IMG/VR virus record: IMGVR_UViG_2563366966_000001
Source: a virus
Taxonomy: Duplodnaviria; Heunggongvirae; Uroviricota; Caudoviricetes
Length of the DNA: 52,942 nucleotides
Direction: 5' to 3' (one strand)
Shown here: piece after piece, positions 11,250-25,985 of the stretch
Layout: every line of letters starts with the position of its first letter
Position numbering within the stretch: position 1 is the stretch's first letter
Notes under the pieces: generated by a model
What the model saw: only the letters and a program-made list of their open reading frames with translations
Database searches by the model: none
Told to the model about the DNA's origin: nothing
Made by a program: the position numbers and the translations under genes

Positions 11250-11921
11250 TCAGCGACCAATCACCACAACCTGACCACCGTCCCCTTCGTCTGCCGTGCT
11301 GATCTCCTGAGAAACCACGCGAGACCCCACGCGCATTTCCCCGTACAGAACAGGCAGAACATTGCCCTGGGCAACCATGTTATCCAGTGAGGAGAAATAG
11401 GTGTTCTGCTTACCGTTATCCGTTGTCTGTGTACGGGGAGTTCTGGCTTTCGGTGCCAGCATCTGCGCCACACCACCGAGCACCATACTGGCACCGAGAG
11501 AAAACAGGATGCCGGTCATACCACCGGTCCCAATGGCTGCCCCCCATGCTGCAAGGGTGGCTCCGGCGGTAAAGAATGATCCGGCAATGGCGGCAGCCCC
11601 CAGGACAATCTGGAATACGCCACCTGACTTGGCCCCGGCGACTCTGGGAACAATATGAATCACAGCGCCATCAGGCAGAGTCTCATGTAACTGCGCCGTT
11701 AACCCGGACGTGCTGACGTCCCGCCCGGCAATCCGTACCTGATACCAGCCGTCGCTCAGTTTCTGACGAAACGCCGGGAGCTGTGTGGCCAGTGCCCGGA
11801 TGGCTTCAGCCCCCGTTTTCACACGAAGGTCGATGCGGCGACCAAATCGTTGTAAATCCCCGTAAAGGCAGATGCGCGCCATGCCCGGTGACGCCAGAGG
11901 GAGTGTGTGCGTCGCTGCCAT
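11250..11921 (-). CDS. I: Tail assembly protein I
   Basis: 223-aa ORF matching lambda gpI; overlaps K by about 100 nt as in lambda. Confidence 0.9.
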   Translation of the reverse strand: MAATHTLPLASPGMARICLYGDLQRFGRRIDLRVKTGAEAIRALATQLPAFRQKLSDGWYQVRIAGRDVSTSGLTAQLHETLPDGAVIHIVPRVAGAKSGGVFQIVLGAAAIAGSFFTAGATLAAWGAAIGTGGMTGILFSLGASMVLGGVAQMLAPKARTPRTQTTDNGKQNTYFSSLDNMVAQGNVLPVLYGEMRVGSRVVSQEISTADEGDGGQVVVIGR

Positions 11922-12562
11922 TTGTCGGTGTACCTCTCTCGTTTGCTCAGTTGTTCAGGAATATGGTGCAGCAGCTCGCCGTCGCCGCAGTAAATTGCGG
12001 CGTGATTCGGCACTGATGAACCAAAACAGCACAGCAGCACATCGCCCGGCTGTGCCGCTGACAACGGCACCTGATACAGCCCCGTCGCCTCCAGATTATC
12101 CAGATAGAGATTCTGGCCGTTACGCCACCAGTCATCCTCACGATAAAAGTCCGGCATCTCAATCCCCGCCAGATGATAAGCATCCCGGAACAGTGTGTAA
12201 CAGTCCGTCACACCGTGCTCAAAGCGCCGCCCGGTGAGATGCGGCACACAGCGGAACTTATGAATCGTCCCCCGGCAGACCAGCCACCACGGCAAATCAC
12301 TCTGCACCTGCAGCCGCCGGTCGGCCTCACTCAGCCAGGGCAGACCACCGGGGTGGCTGTGGACCAGCGCCACAATCTCACCCTGCATTTCTGCCTGCAG
12401 CCAGTCTTCCGGCGACATACGGAAATACGCCTCCGGCTCACCGGAGATATTCACGCAGGGAAAATATCTTTCCCCCTCCGGCGTGCTTACCACGAAGCCG
12501 CACGACTCCGCTGGCGCACATCGCCGGGCGTGCGCCAGAATCGCTGATTCTGTCTGTGTCAT
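11819..12562 (-). CDS. K: Tail assembly protein K (NlpC/P60 and JAB/MPN-like domains)
   Basis: 247-aa ORF matching lambda gpK; contains HSHP metal-binding motif. Confidence 0.9.
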   Translation of the reverse strand: MTQTESAILAHARRCAPAESCGFVVSTPEGERYFPCVNISGEPEAYFRMSPEDWLQAEMQGEIVALVHSHPGGLPWLSEADRRLQVQSDLPWWLVCRGTIHKFRCVPHLTGRRFEHGVTDCYTLFRDAYHLAGIEMPDFYREDDWWRNGQNLYLDNLEATGLYQVPLSAAQPGDVLLCCFGSSVPNHAAIYCGDGELLHHIPEQLSKRERYTDKWQRRTHSLWRHRAWRASAFTGIYNDLVAASTFV

Positions 12563-12567
12563 GGGAT

Positions 12568-13266
12568 TTACTGCGAAAGTTTGTTAATGGAAAGGAAGCT
12601 GCCAAAGTTGCCGACATTATTGCGAAACTTACAGCCACTCAGGCATTTGCTGCATTTATCCTTCGTGATATCGGACGTCGGCTGGTCATATTCATCCGCG
12701 ACCGCCGGACCGCTATAACCGCACTCATCGCCGCGATAGGTCCAGGTGCAGGTGTTGGCCAGCATGATACGTCCCGGAAAAACAGCGCCATCCGTTTCCG
12801 TCGGCGTGGACAGTACAAAGGAGGCACTCACCGCGCTCAGTTCGCTGCACTGCTCAATGCGCCAGCGGCTGATCACCTCCTGCTCCGGATCGGCGTAACT
12901 GTTTCCGTTGACGAAGTTCACCGCATCCAGAAAACGGGCGTAAACCTTACGCCGGACCACCGTTCCGCCGACCAGACTCTGCATATCTTCCGCCATCCCG
13001 GTGACCATACCGTACAGGTTAGAAACCGTCAGCGTGGGGCGCGTACTGGTGCCTTTGCCATTCAGTTCAAAACCGCTCCCCTGAATGGGATACGGCTGAT
13101 ACTGTCGCCCCTGCCAGGTGACCGGCTCACCTTTTTCGTTCTGCTCATTACAGAAAAAATAACGTTCTCCACCGACCTCTGTCAGGTCGATTTCCCAGAG
13201 CACCACGCTGGCCGACTGCTCCGCACGGGTGCATTCATTCAGTGTTTCCTGCCGGATATCCTGCAT
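12568..13266 (-). CDS. L: Minor tail protein L
   Basis: 232-aa ORF matching lambda gpL; lambda gene order. Confidence 0.9.
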   Translation of the reverse strand: MQDIRQETLNECTRAEQSASVVLWEIDLTEVGGERYFFCNEQNEKGEPVTWQGRQYQPYPIQGSGFELNGKGTSTRPTLTVSNLYGMVTGMAEDMQSLVGGTVVRRKVYARFLDAVNFVNGNSYADPEQEVISRWRIEQCSELSAVSASFVLSTPTETDGAVFPGRIMLANTCTWTYRGDECGYSGPAVADEYDQPTSDITKDKCSKCLSGCKFRNNVGNFGSFLSINKLSQ

Positions 13267-13595
13267 CAGTTCACCACCTGTTCAAACTCTGCGCTGAACT
13301 CAACACGCAACATACTGACCCGCGACGACCATTTTGCGCAGGTCACCTTTATCTGCCGCCACTCATAAGGCGGCGTCCACAGAAAGGATTTCCAGCCCCC
13401 GTGCTCTTCCAGAAACGACTCCAGTACCGTGGCCTCCTCACGGGGGACAGAAAGCGTCACGCTGTACGTTTTCAGGTTGGCATTCAGCCCGGCAGGCGCT
13501 CGCTGAGAATAGCCATCACCAAAGCGCACCTTTCTTACAGAAGGGACCGAAGCCACATCCATACCGGGTTTCACTTTCCAGCGGAAGGTCTTCAT
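13266..13595 (-). CDS. M: Minor tail protein M
   Basis: 109-aa ORF matching lambda gpM. Confidence 0.9.
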   Translation of the reverse strand: MKTFRWKVKPGMDVASVPSVRKVRFGDGYSQRAPAGLNANLKTYSVTLSVPREEATVLESFLEEHGGWKSFLWTPPYEWRQIKVTCAKWSSRVSMLRVEFSAEFEQVVN

Positions 13596-16153
13596 CGTCC
13601 ACCTCCGGAGAACAGGCCACCATCACGCATCTGTGTCTGAATTTCATCACGGGCACCCTTGCGGGCCATGTCATACACCGCCTTCAGAGCAGCCGGACCT
13701 ATCTGCCCGTTCGTGCCGTCGTTGTTAATCACCACATGGTTATTCTGCTCAAACGTCCCGGACGCCTGCGACCGGCTGTCTGCCATGCTGCCCGGTGTAC
13801 CGACATAACCGCCGGTGGCATAGCCGCGCATCAGCCGGTAAAGATTCCCCACGCCAATCCGGCTGGTTGCCTCCTTCGTGAAGACAAATTCACCACGGTG
13901 AACAATCCCCGCTGGCTCATATTTGCCGCCGGTTCCCGTAAATCCTCCGGTTGCAAAATGGAATTTCGCCGCAGCGGCCTGAATGGCTGTACCGCCTGAC
14001 GCGGATGCGCCGCCACCAACAGCCCCGCCAATGGCGCTGCCGATACTCCCGACAATCCCCACCATTGCCTGCTTAAGCAGAATTTCTGTCATCATGGACA
14101 GCACGGAACGGGTGAAGCTGCGCCAGTTCTGCTCACTGCCGGTCAGCATCGCCGCCATATTCTGTGCAATACCATCAAAGGTCTGCGTGGCTGCACTTTT
14201 TACCTGCGACATACTGTCCGTGGCGCTCTCTTCCCACTCACTCCAGCCGGACTTCAGGCCTGCCATCCAGCTCCCGCGAAGCTGGTCTTCAGCCGCCCAG
14301 GTCTTTTTCTGCTCTGACATGACGTTATTCAGCGCCAGCGGATTATCGCCATACTGTTCCTTCAGGCGCTGTTCCGTGGCTTCCCGTTCTGCCTGCCGGT
14401 CAGTCAGCCCCCGGCTTTTCGCATCAATGGCGGCCCGTTTTGCCCGTTGCTGCTGTGCGAATTTATCCGCCTGCTGCGCCAGCGCGTTCAGGCGCTCCTG
14501 ATACGTAACCTTGTCGCCAAGTGCAGCCAGCTGGCGTTTGTACTCCAGCGTCTCATCTTTATGCGCCAGCAGGGATTTCTCCTGTGCAGACAGCTGGCGA
14601 CGTTGCGCCGCCTCCTCCAGTACCGCGAACTGACTCTCCGCCTTCCACAAATCCCGGCGCTGCTGGCTGATTTTCTCATTTGCTCCGGCATGCTTCTCCA
14701 GCGTCCGGAGTTCTGCCTGAAGCGTCAGCAGGGCAGCATGAGCACTGTCTTCCTGACGATCGCCCGCAGACACCTTCACGCCGGACTGTTTCGGCTTTTT
14801 CAGCGTCGCTTCATAATCCTTTTTCGCCGCCGCCATCAGCGTGTTGTAATCCGCCTGCAGGATTTTCCCGTCTTTCAGTGCCTTGTTCAGTTCTTCCTGA
14901 CGGGCGGTATATTTCTCCAGCGGCGTCTGCAGGCGTTCATAAGCCTTCTGCGCCTCTTCGGTATATTTCAGCCGTGACGCTTCGGTATCGCTCTGCTGCT
15001 GCGCATTTTTGTCCTGTTGACTCTGCTGCTCAGCCTTCTTTCGGGCGGCTTCAAGCGCAAGACGGGCCTTTTCACGATCATCCCAGTAACGCGCCCGCGC
15101 TTCATCGTTAACAAAATAATCATCCTTGCGCAGATTCCAGATATCGTCCGCTTTCTTAAACGCGGCCTCTGCCTTAATCAGCATCTCCTGCGCGGTATCA
15201 GGACGACCAATATCCAGCACCGCATCCCACATGGATTTGAATGCCCGTGCTGTCCTGTCTGCCCAGGTTTCCAGCGTGCCCATGTTCTCTTTCAGGCGGC
15301 GGGTCTGGTCATCAAACCCTTTCGTTGCGGCCTCGTTCGCCGCCTGCAATGCCCCGGCTTCATCGCCGGAACGCTGCAACTGAGCAACATACGCAATCTG
15401 CTCCGCCGTCACGTTATGGAACTGGCGTGCCATCGCCGTCAGCCCCGACGTCGGGTCTGTGGTCAGCTTCCCGAAGGCTTCAGCGACCTTGTCCACCTCC
15501 ACGCCGGATGCAGAGGAGAAACGCGCCACACTCTGGCTGATGGACGCAATCTGAGCCTCACCGCTTACCCCCGCCTTAACCAGTGCGCTGAGTGACTCGC
15601 TGGTCTGGTTAAACGTCAGCCCTGCCGCCTGCCCGGCTCTGGACAGGACCAGCATACGATCTGCCGTCAGTCCCGCCTGATTGCCGGAAAGGACCAGCGT
15701 TTTGTTGAAATCGGACAGGGTTGAGTTGCCCTGATACCAGGCATACGCCAGCGCTCCGGTCGCCACCGCCAGCGAGGTAGCCCCCACCATCGGCAGGGTG
15801 ATCGCACCGGCAAGCCCCCGGAACATGGGGATCATCCCGCCGAAGGAGTCCTTCACCTGACCCCCCTGTTGCAGCAGGATCAGCCACGGACTTTGCCCGC
15901 CTGCAAGCTGCGTGGCCACGTCGGTGAACTGTGCAGGCAGCATACGCATGGCGGCTTTATACTGCCCGACGGAAATCCCCGCTTTCTGTGCAGCCAGCGC
16001 CTGTCGGCTCAGCGACTGTTCAACGACTGCCGCTGTTTTTTTCGCATCAGTTTCCGTACCGGAAAAATGACGCCTGACTCTGGCCATCTGCTCGTCAAAT
16101 CTGGCCGCATCCAGACTTAAATCAACGACCAGATCGCCTACCGGTTCAGCCAT
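13592..16153 (-). CDS. H: Tail tape measure protein H
   Basis: 853-aa ORF, same length as lambda gpH, coiled-coil-rich, C-terminal Gly-rich region. Confidence 0.95.
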   Translation of the reverse strand: MAEPVGDLVVDLSLDAARFDEQMARVRRHFSGTETDAKKTAAVVEQSLSRQALAAQKAGISVGQYKAAMRMLPAQFTDVATQLAGGQSPWLILLQQGGQVKDSFGGMIPMFRGLAGAITLPMVGATSLAVATGALAYAWYQGNSTLSDFNKTLVLSGNQAGLTADRMLVLSRAGQAAGLTFNQTSESLSALVKAGVSGEAQIASISQSVARFSSASGVEVDKVAEAFGKLTTDPTSGLTAMARQFHNVTAEQIAYVAQLQRSGDEAGALQAANEAATKGFDDQTRRLKENMGTLETWADRTARAFKSMWDAVLDIGRPDTAQEMLIKAEAAFKKADDIWNLRKDDYFVNDEARARYWDDREKARLALEAARKKAEQQSQQDKNAQQQSDTEASRLKYTEEAQKAYERLQTPLEKYTARQEELNKALKDGKILQADYNTLMAAAKKDYEATLKKPKQSGVKVSAGDRQEDSAHAALLTLQAELRTLEKHAGANEKISQQRRDLWKAESQFAVLEEAAQRRQLSAQEKSLLAHKDETLEYKRQLAALGDKVTYQERLNALAQQADKFAQQQRAKRAAIDAKSRGLTDRQAEREATEQRLKEQYGDNPLALNNVMSEQKKTWAAEDQLRGSWMAGLKSGWSEWEESATDSMSQVKSAATQTFDGIAQNMAAMLTGSEQNWRSFTRSVLSMMTEILLKQAMVGIVGSIGSAIGGAVGGGASASGGTAIQAAAAKFHFATGGFTGTGGKYEPAGIVHRGEFVFTKEATSRIGVGNLYRLMRGYATGGYVGTPGSMADSRSQASGTFEQNNHVVINNDGTNGQIGPAALKAVYDMARKGARDEIQTQMRDGGLFSGGGR

Positions 16154-16984
16154 ACCGGACTCCTCCTGCGATCCCTTCTGATACTGTCATCAGCATTACG
16201 TCATCCTCCGTCATGTCCGCCACATCCGGGGAAGCGGGGATAACTTCATTCCCTTCCGGGCCAAAGCGGACGCCTCCGGCAAGCCCTGCCGCTTTCTGCA
16301 TCAGCACATCATCTTCAGGCTCTTCGTCAGCCTCACGCCGGTTCAGCAGACTGAAATCCAGCGGATGCATATCCGGATCGCTGAAAAACAGGCTGAGCAC
16401 GGTGTACGTCAGCCCGGAAAAGTGCATATCCAGCAGAACATCATGAAAATAATGGGTACTGTAAAAGCGGTGCCAGTCGGCATACTCCGTGGATGACATC
16501 CCGGCAAGCATGGCACGCCAGTCGGGTCGCCCCATCTCTCGCGCCAGTTTCAGGGCAAAACTCAGCTCACCATCGAACACTTTCCCGCAGAAACAGGCTC
16601 TGCAGGCCCGGCGTCCTCTGTCTGTTCAGGAGCATCATTCACCACAAACTCATACATACCGGACAGCCGGTACACCACGTTTTCAGCATGAGAAATTGCC
16701 TCCGTGGGCCAGGTGGTAAGCACTTCCTGCTCAATCTGTTTAACGGCTTCATTCATGGAAGGCAGCTTTGTCTTCTTCGGATGGTTATGCCACAGGGACA
16801 TCGCCACCAGAAACGCGCCGGTTCTGATGGCGTCTTCCACAGTAAACTTCCGGTTGCTGTCTGACTCCGCCTGTTCTGCCTGCCGTTTCATCAGGGCGAG
16901 ATGCTCAATACGCTGCAGGGCTGACAGTTCAGAAAGCGTGACGGTCACACCGTTATGTTCAAATGATTCGGTTTTCAGGAACAT
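16146..16984 (-). CDS. T: Tail assembly chaperone G-T fusion made by programmed -1 ribosomal frameshift
   Basis: T frame (16146..16580) overlaps the end of G; slippery heptamer GGGAAAG at 16580..16586 on the minus strand, as in lambda. Confidence 0.8.
16562..16984 (-). CDS. G: Tail assembly chaperone G
   Basis: 140-aa ORF matching lambda gpG. Confidence 0.9.
   Translation of the reverse strand: MFLKTESFEHNGVTVTLSELSALQRIEHLALMKRQAEQAESDSNRKFTVEDAIRTGAFLVAMSLWHNHPKKTKLPSMNEAVKQIEQEVLTTWPTEAISHAENVVYRLSGMYEFVVNDAPEQTEDAGPAEPVSAGKCSMVS
16580..16586 (-). other. Programmed -1 frameshift slippery site GGGAAAG (G to G-T)
   Basis: Plus-strand CTTTCCC at 16580..16586 at the G/T overlap. Confidence 0.8.
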
Positions 16985-16999
16985 CTCTGACTCCCCGGA

Positions 17000-17740
17000 T
17001 TAACTGGCGGTGACGGTGATTTCTGCAACCGCAGCAAACTCACCATTACCGGATACAACCGGAATGTTGACCTTGCCTGCAGCAACGCCGTTCACGGTGA
17101 TGGTCATACCACTGACCGACACGGTGGCTTTTGTTTTATCCGCAGACACCGCACGAAAGCTCTTGTCGGTTACGCCCTCCGGCTGGAAGGCCACGGTCAG
17201 CGTGGTGCTCTGCCCTTTCACCACCGAGGTGCTGGCAGGCGTCACGGTCATGCCGGTTGCCGCTGTTACCGTGCTGCGATCTTCTGCCATCGACGGACGT
17301 CCCACATTGGTGACTTTCACCGTGCGGGTGATCACTTCCTTCGCCGTCACCGCCTTACCGATACTGCTGACCCAGCCACGGAACACATCGACCGTGCCGT
17401 TCGGGAAGCGGATTTTATAGGCACGGGTATCGCCTTCATTAAACCACGCCAGCAGCGCCTGCTGCCCCTGCTCTCCGGGCATCCACGCCAGCGTGAAGCT
17501 GGTATCTCCGGCAGATTTCTGCCCCTGCCCGGTCGCAGTCCAGTCTGCATCTTCATCATCGAGATAGCTGTCGTCATAGGACTCAGCGGTCAGTTCGCCG
17601 GGCGTCAGGTCTTTAACTTTTGCCAGACGCGACCAGTCAACGTCTGAAAGCGGATTCGCATAAGGGTCACCGCTCCCCTTATAAACCCACAGGGTGGTCC
17701 CGGCACCTTTCACCGGCATTGTAGGATTTGGTACAGGCAT
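17000..17740 (-). CDS. V: Major tail tube protein V (C-terminal Ig-like domain)
   Basis: Matches lambda gpV; ATG at 17740 gives the 246-aa form; track ORF is 10 codons longer. Confidence 0.9.
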
Positions 17741-17747
17741 AGCGTCC

Positions 17748-18143
17748 TCACATTTCATAGGTAATGACATAAGTCAGATCGGCTGAACTCCACAGGCCCG
17801 CATCATCGTCGCGCCGGTAGTCATAGCCGCTGGCCACCATACTGGTGATCAAATCTGACAGTGCCGGGATATCGCTCATCACCGGATAAATCCGGGACTC
17901 CATCCACGCATCCAGCTCTGAATCCGGCACCTGAGCAGGCAGGAAAACTTCGATATGCAGCTCCGCCTGCCAGGTATCGCTGTCCAGCTCTTCGCCCGTG
18001 TATTCAGCGCCGGTGAGATAAACGGCAACTGCCGGAAAATCCGCCTCATCAAAAACAGCGGGGCGACCATCAAAAAACGTCGCCCCGGTGTCATGCTTCT
18101 CCAGTGCATCCAGTACGGCTGCACGGAGTTCAGTATGTTTCAT
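17748..18143 (-). CDS. U: Tail terminator protein U
   Basis: 131-aa ORF matching lambda gpU. Confidence 0.9.
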
Positions 18144-18718
18144 CGCTTTATTACCATCCTCAGTTGATGCTGCAGCGCATAGCCCAGCTCTTTCGGAAGA
18201 CGTTCACGCCGTATCCGCTCAATATTCTGTTTAAACGCCGTGGTCAGCGGCACCGCCATCGGGATTTTCACCACATCAATGGGGTAACGGTTTTTCCCGG
18301 CCACACGCTGCATGACATGCCACCGGCCATTTTTCAGTTGCTGAATAAACGCGCCGGGAATACGACGGTTACCCACCACAAGCACGCTGCCGCCACCTTT
18401 CAGGGATGAACGCTGCCCCTTTTTACGACGCCTGCGGCGCGAAAGGACAACCCGCGCATTACCCAGCTTGATTACGGGCAAATCCCCCCGGTTAACTTTG
18501 ATTCTGGCCTGCGGATTTTTGACCGTGGCCCTTTTCAGCCAGGCCCTTTCCTTTACCAGTTTCCGGCGTACCTTTGTCTCACGGGCAACTTGTGACGCCG
18601 ACTGCGATATCGCGGATGAAGCAACGCGGTTAATGGCCATTGCGGCGGCACCAGGCACCGCCGTTTTGCTGATACGGCTGAGGTTTTCAACGGCCTGCTC
18701 AAGACCTTTTATGGCCAT
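18140..18718 (-). CDS. Z: Tail completion protein Z
   Basis: 192-aa ORF matching lambda gpZ. Confidence 0.9.
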   Translation of the reverse strand: MAIKGLEQAVENLSRISKTAVPGAAAMAINRVASSAISQSASQVARETKVRRKLVKERAWLKRATVKNPQARIKVNRGDLPVIKLGNARVVLSRRRRRKKGQRSSLKGGGSVLVVGNRRIPGAFIQQLKNGRWHVMQRVAGKNRYPIDVVKIPMAVPLTTAFKQNIERIRRERLPKELGYALQHQLRMVIKR

Positions 18719-18729
18719 ACATCCCCCTT

Positions 18730-19083
18730 TCAGCGGCGACGGTTAACGGCAGGCGGTACGCCCCGTCCAAGCCAGAGATGACAACTTCCGCCATCATCCG
18801 GCGAAACCCGATCTACCCAGAAATTTTCCTCACCGATGGTCAGCGTGTCTCCACGCCGCAGCTGCCGCACCTCATCAGTCCGGACAAACAGGGACGGGCT
18901 GGAGCCTTCAACGCGCACGCCCTGTCCGGCATAGCTGATATTTTCAGGGTCATCAAAAACACCACGTATCACCGCACCTGACTGCTCACCGGATGTCATG
19001 GTGGCTGACGTTCCCATGTACCCGCGTATCGTTTCATCGGCGCGGGCAATGGCAGCATCGAACAGGTTATCGAAATCAGCCAC
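18730..19083 (-). CDS. FII: Head-tail connector protein FII
   Basis: 117-aa ORF matching lambda gpFII. Confidence 0.9.
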   Translation of the reverse strand: MADFDNLFDAAIARADETIRGYMGTSATMTSGEQSGAVIRGVFDDPENISYAGQGVRVEGSSPSLFVRTDEVRQLRRGDTLTIGEENFWVDRVSPDDGGSCHLWLGRGVPPAVNRRR

Positions 19084-19094
19084 AGCGCCTCCCG

Positions 19095-19493
19095 TTATTG
19101 CATTCTGGCCAGGCCGCGCTCTGTCATTTCGGCTGCCACACCGGCAGAGACACGAAACGCCGTTCCCGGCAGCACAAATGCCACAGGTTCATCCCGCGTG
19201 GCGTGAAGTGCATCAGTATGCAGCTTCACCAGTGCCACGACCGTGACCAGTTCAGACGTATCCAGAATCACGGTATCCGGCTGCGCTGATCCCACCTCAT
19301 TTTCATGTCCGGTCAGCACATTTTCCCGGCTGAGAGGGGTGTCCTGACCGGCAGTTTCATCCGTGTCATCAAGCTCCTCTTCCAGCTCTGCCACACGGAG
19401 CGCCAGTTCTTCTTTCGTCCCCGTCAGGCTGACATCACGGTTCAGTTGTTCACCCAGCGAGCGGAGACGGGCAATCAGTTCATCTTTCGTCAT
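19095..19493 (-). CDS. FI: DNA packaging protein FI
   Basis: Matches lambda gpFI; ATG at 19493 (MTKDELIARL) gives the 132-aa form. Confidence 0.85.
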   Translation of the reverse strand: MTKDELIARLRSLGEQLNRDVSLTGTKEELALRVAELEEELDDTDETAGQDTPLSRENVLTGHENEVGSAQPDTVILDTSELVTVVALVKLHTDALHATRDEPVAFVLPGTAFRVSAGVAAEMTERGLARMQ

Positions 19494-19534
19494 GGACTCC
19501 TCCACAGAGAAACAATGGCCCCGAAGGGCCATGA

Positions 19535-20560
19535 TTACGCCAGTTGTACGGACACGAACTCATCAGGGTCAGCCAGCAGCATCAGCGGTGCTGACTGAAT
19601 CATGGTGAACTCACGCGCCGGATCGCCGGTGGTCACCCAGTTTTTCGGGTAACGGGCAGAGGCGTTAATGCCTTCGCGCTGTGCGTCCGCATCCTGAATG
19701 CAGCCATAGGTGCGCAGACCGCGTGCCTGAGTGTTCCCCAGCACCATCGTGTTGTCCGGCAGGAAGTTCTTTTTGACGCCGTTTTCCACGTACTGTCCGG
19801 AATACACGACGATGGCCACATCGCCATACATCCCCTTATAGGACACCGCTTTGCCCAGGTCTTTCACCGCTGTCTCCAGCTCGGAATGAGAGCCACGACG
19901 GGTATCCAGCTTCTCCTTGACGGCTTTGAAGGAACGGAACAGCGCCCAGCCTTTCGGATCGAACACGATGATATTCACCACACCGCTGGCGTTCAGCGCG
20001 TAGGCTTCGATATCGTCGGTCGGGTCATACGTGGACTTGTCACGCTTGCTCCACTCCGTGCCGCCGGACTGCGTGATGTTATTCTCCTCACTGCGGCCCA
20101 TATCCACCTCAACCGGATCGAAGGCTTCACCGGTCATGGTGTATTTGCCCTTAAGCACGGCAGAAACTGCCTGCATCTCTTCGACCTGAGCAATGGCCAG
20201 CTCTTCGTCACGCATGTTCTGCATGATGATGCGACGGCGGCGGTAAGCCGGGTCCGCCAGATTCTGCGGATCTTCATCCGGCAGGCGACGCAGGGTCATC
20301 TGCGGATTCACTTCATGCTTCGGCTTGACATATCCCGGCGTAAATTCAGAGGTGGAGCCGCCACGGGAACGGATAACCTCACCGGAAACAATCGGCGAAA
20401 CGTACAGCGCCATGTTTACCAGTCCCGGAATTTGTGAGAGATAGACTTTCTCCGTGGTGAAGGGATAGCTCTCACGGAAAAAGAGACGCAGAAACAGCGG
20501 ATCAAACTTAAATTTCTGCTCATTTGCCGCCAGCAGTTGGGCGGTTGTGTACATCGACAT
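19535..20560 (-). CDS. E: Major capsid protein E
   Basis: 341-aa ORF matching lambda gpE. Confidence 0.95.
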   Translation of the reverse strand: MSMYTTAQLLAANEQKFKFDPLFLRLFFRESYPFTTEKVYLSQIPGLVNMALYVSPIVSGEVIRSRGGSTSEFTPGYVKPKHEVNPQMTLRRLPDEDPQNLADPAYRRRRIIMQNMRDEELAIAQVEEMQAVSAVLKGKYTMTGEAFDPVEVDMGRSEENNITQSGGTEWSKRDKSTYDPTDDIEAYALNASGVVNIIVFDPKGWALFRSFKAVKEKLDTRRGSHSELETAVKDLGKAVSYKGMYGDVAIVVYSGQYVENGVKKNFLPDNTMVLGNTQARGLRTYGCIQDADAQREGINASARYPKNWVTTGDPAREFTMIQSAPLMLLADPDEFVSVQLA

Positions 20561-20616
20561 AAAAAAATCCCGTAAAAAAAAGCCGCACAGGCGGCCTTTA
20601 GTGATGAAGGGTAAAG

Positions 20617-20949
20617 TTAAACGATGCTGATTGCCGTTCCGGCAAACGCGGTCCGTTTTTTCGTCTCGTCGCTGGCAGCCTCCGGCCAGAGCACATCCTC
20701 ATAACGGAACGTGCCGGACTTGTAGAACGTCAGCGTGGTGCTGGTCTGGTCAGCAGCAACCGCAAGAATGCCAACGGCAGCACCGTCGGTGGTGCCATCC
20801 CACGCAACCAGCTTACGGCTGGAGGTGTCCAGCATCAGCGGGGTCATTGCAGGCGCTTTCGCACTCAATCCGCCGGGCGCGGTTGCGGTATGAGCCGGGT
20901 CACTGTTGCCCAGCGGCTGGTAATGGGTAAAGGTTTCTTTGCTCGTCAT
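20617..20949 (-). CDS. D: Head decoration protein D
   Basis: Matches lambda gpD; ATG at 20949 (MTSKETF) gives 110 aa. Confidence 0.9.
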   Translation of the reverse strand: MTSKETFTHYQPLGNSDPAHTATAPGGLSAKAPAMTPLMLDTSSRKLVAWDGTTDGAAVGILAVAADQTSTTLTFYKSGTFRYEDVLWPEAASDETKKRTAFAGTAISIV

Positions 20950-20958
20950 AAACATCCC

Positions 20959-21564
20959 TTACACTGGTGTGTTCAGCAAATCGTTAACGGCATCAGATGC
21001 CGGGTTACCTGCAGCCAGCGGTGCCGGTGCCCCCTGCATCAGACGATCCAGCGCAGTGTCACTGCGCGCCTGTGCACTCTGTGGTGCTGCGGCCAGAATG
21101 CGGCGGGCCGTTTCCACGGTCATACCGGGGGTTTCTGCCAGCACGCGTGCCTGTTCTTCGCGTCCGTGAGCCTCCTCACAGTTGAGGATCCCCATAATGC
21201 GGCTGTTTTCTGCCGCAACCGCTGCGGTGATCTGCGCGTTCACGTCCGGCTGCGCCGCGCTGGCGTTTTCGCCCTCCGTCGCTGGCACCACGTCAGTAAC
21301 GTCAGCCTGCGAAGCAGTGGCTGAAACAGTTGTTGATTGAGTCTCTTTGGTCATTCGCCCTCCTGAGAGACGGGATTTACGTGCATCCAGTGCATCACGC
21401 ATGACGGTGATCGCATCGGTGCTGTTAACAAGTTCATCAGCCAGTCCGGCATCAATGGCCTCCTGACCGCTGTACACTGCAGCCTCGGTATCCAGCACAG
21501 CCTGCACGGACAGGCCGGTATATGCCGACACCTTCTGCGCAAACATCTGGCGGGTTGCGTCCAT
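20959..21564 (-). CDS. Nu3: Scaffolding protein Nu3 (internal in-frame start within C)
   Basis: In-frame ATG at 21564 (MDATRQMFAQ) gives a 201-aa product co-terminal with C, as in lambda. Confidence 0.8.
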   Translation of the reverse strand: MDATRQMFAQKVSAYTGLSVQAVLDTEAAVYSGQEAIDAGLADELVNSTDAITVMRDALDARKSRLSGGRMTKETQSTTVSATASQADVTDVVPATEGENASAAQPDVNAQITAAVAAENSRIMGILNCEEAHGREEQARVLAETPGMTVETARRILAAAPQSAQARSDTALDRLMQGAPAPLAAGNPASDAVNDLLNTPV

Positions 21565-22258
21565 CCGGGACTGCAGTATCTCCCGGACGTCATCCGGAAG
21601 ATGGCTGTAGGGGTTGCCATCCACCTTATGGCTGCCGCTGTAAATCAGAGTGATTTCCACACCCTGTTTCTCCAGCGCAGCACCGTAATTACTGTGAGCC
21701 ATCATGACGCCGATGGAGCCTGTCCGGGCGGTCTGCGTGACCAGACGCCGGGAGGCGGCACTGGCAAGCAGCTGACCTGCACTGCAGTTCATGTCGTTGG
21801 CCAGCGCCCATACCGGTTTTATGTCACGCACACGGGCGATGATGTCAGCGCAGTCAAATGCCCCCGCCACCATCCCGCCGGGCGTGTCCATATCGAGCAG
21901 AATGCCGTCCACCATCGGATCGCTGGCAGCCTGTTGCAGACGGGCGATAATGCCGTTGTAACCGGTCATCCCCGAGTACGGCTGCAGCGCCCGCGTCCGG
22001 CTGACCAGCGTGCCGGACACCGGCAGCACGGCGATGCCGTTCATGACCTGATAACTGCGGGCCTGTCGTGGTCCGTCATCATCACCGGATAATGCCAGCG
22101 TCGCGAGTGCCTCCTGGGCAGTCAGGCTGTCGCCGGACACCGCATCCATCAGGCGGCTGATCCCAAGCTGGCCTGCAAGCGCACAAAAGAAAACCCGCGC
22201 ATAGGCGGGTTCAAGCATCAGCGGCTCATTAAAAGCCATGCTGGCAATATGCGGGAGA

Positions 22259-22278
<20 letters not shown>
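20959..22278 (-). CDS. C: Capsid assembly protease C (S49/ClpP-like)
   Basis: Matches lambda gpC; GTG start at 22278 (plus-strand CAC 22276..22278) gives 439 aa; the track ORF has 45 extra N-terminal codons. Confidence 0.9.

Positions 22279-25959
<3,681 letters not shown>

Positions 25960-25985
<26 letters not shown>

Noticed and set aside
13334-16120. Multiple 80 to 270-aa ORFs antisense to or out of frame with tail genes M and H
   Set aside because: No RBS or start context, biased composition, and they overlap lambda-conserved genes on the other strand.
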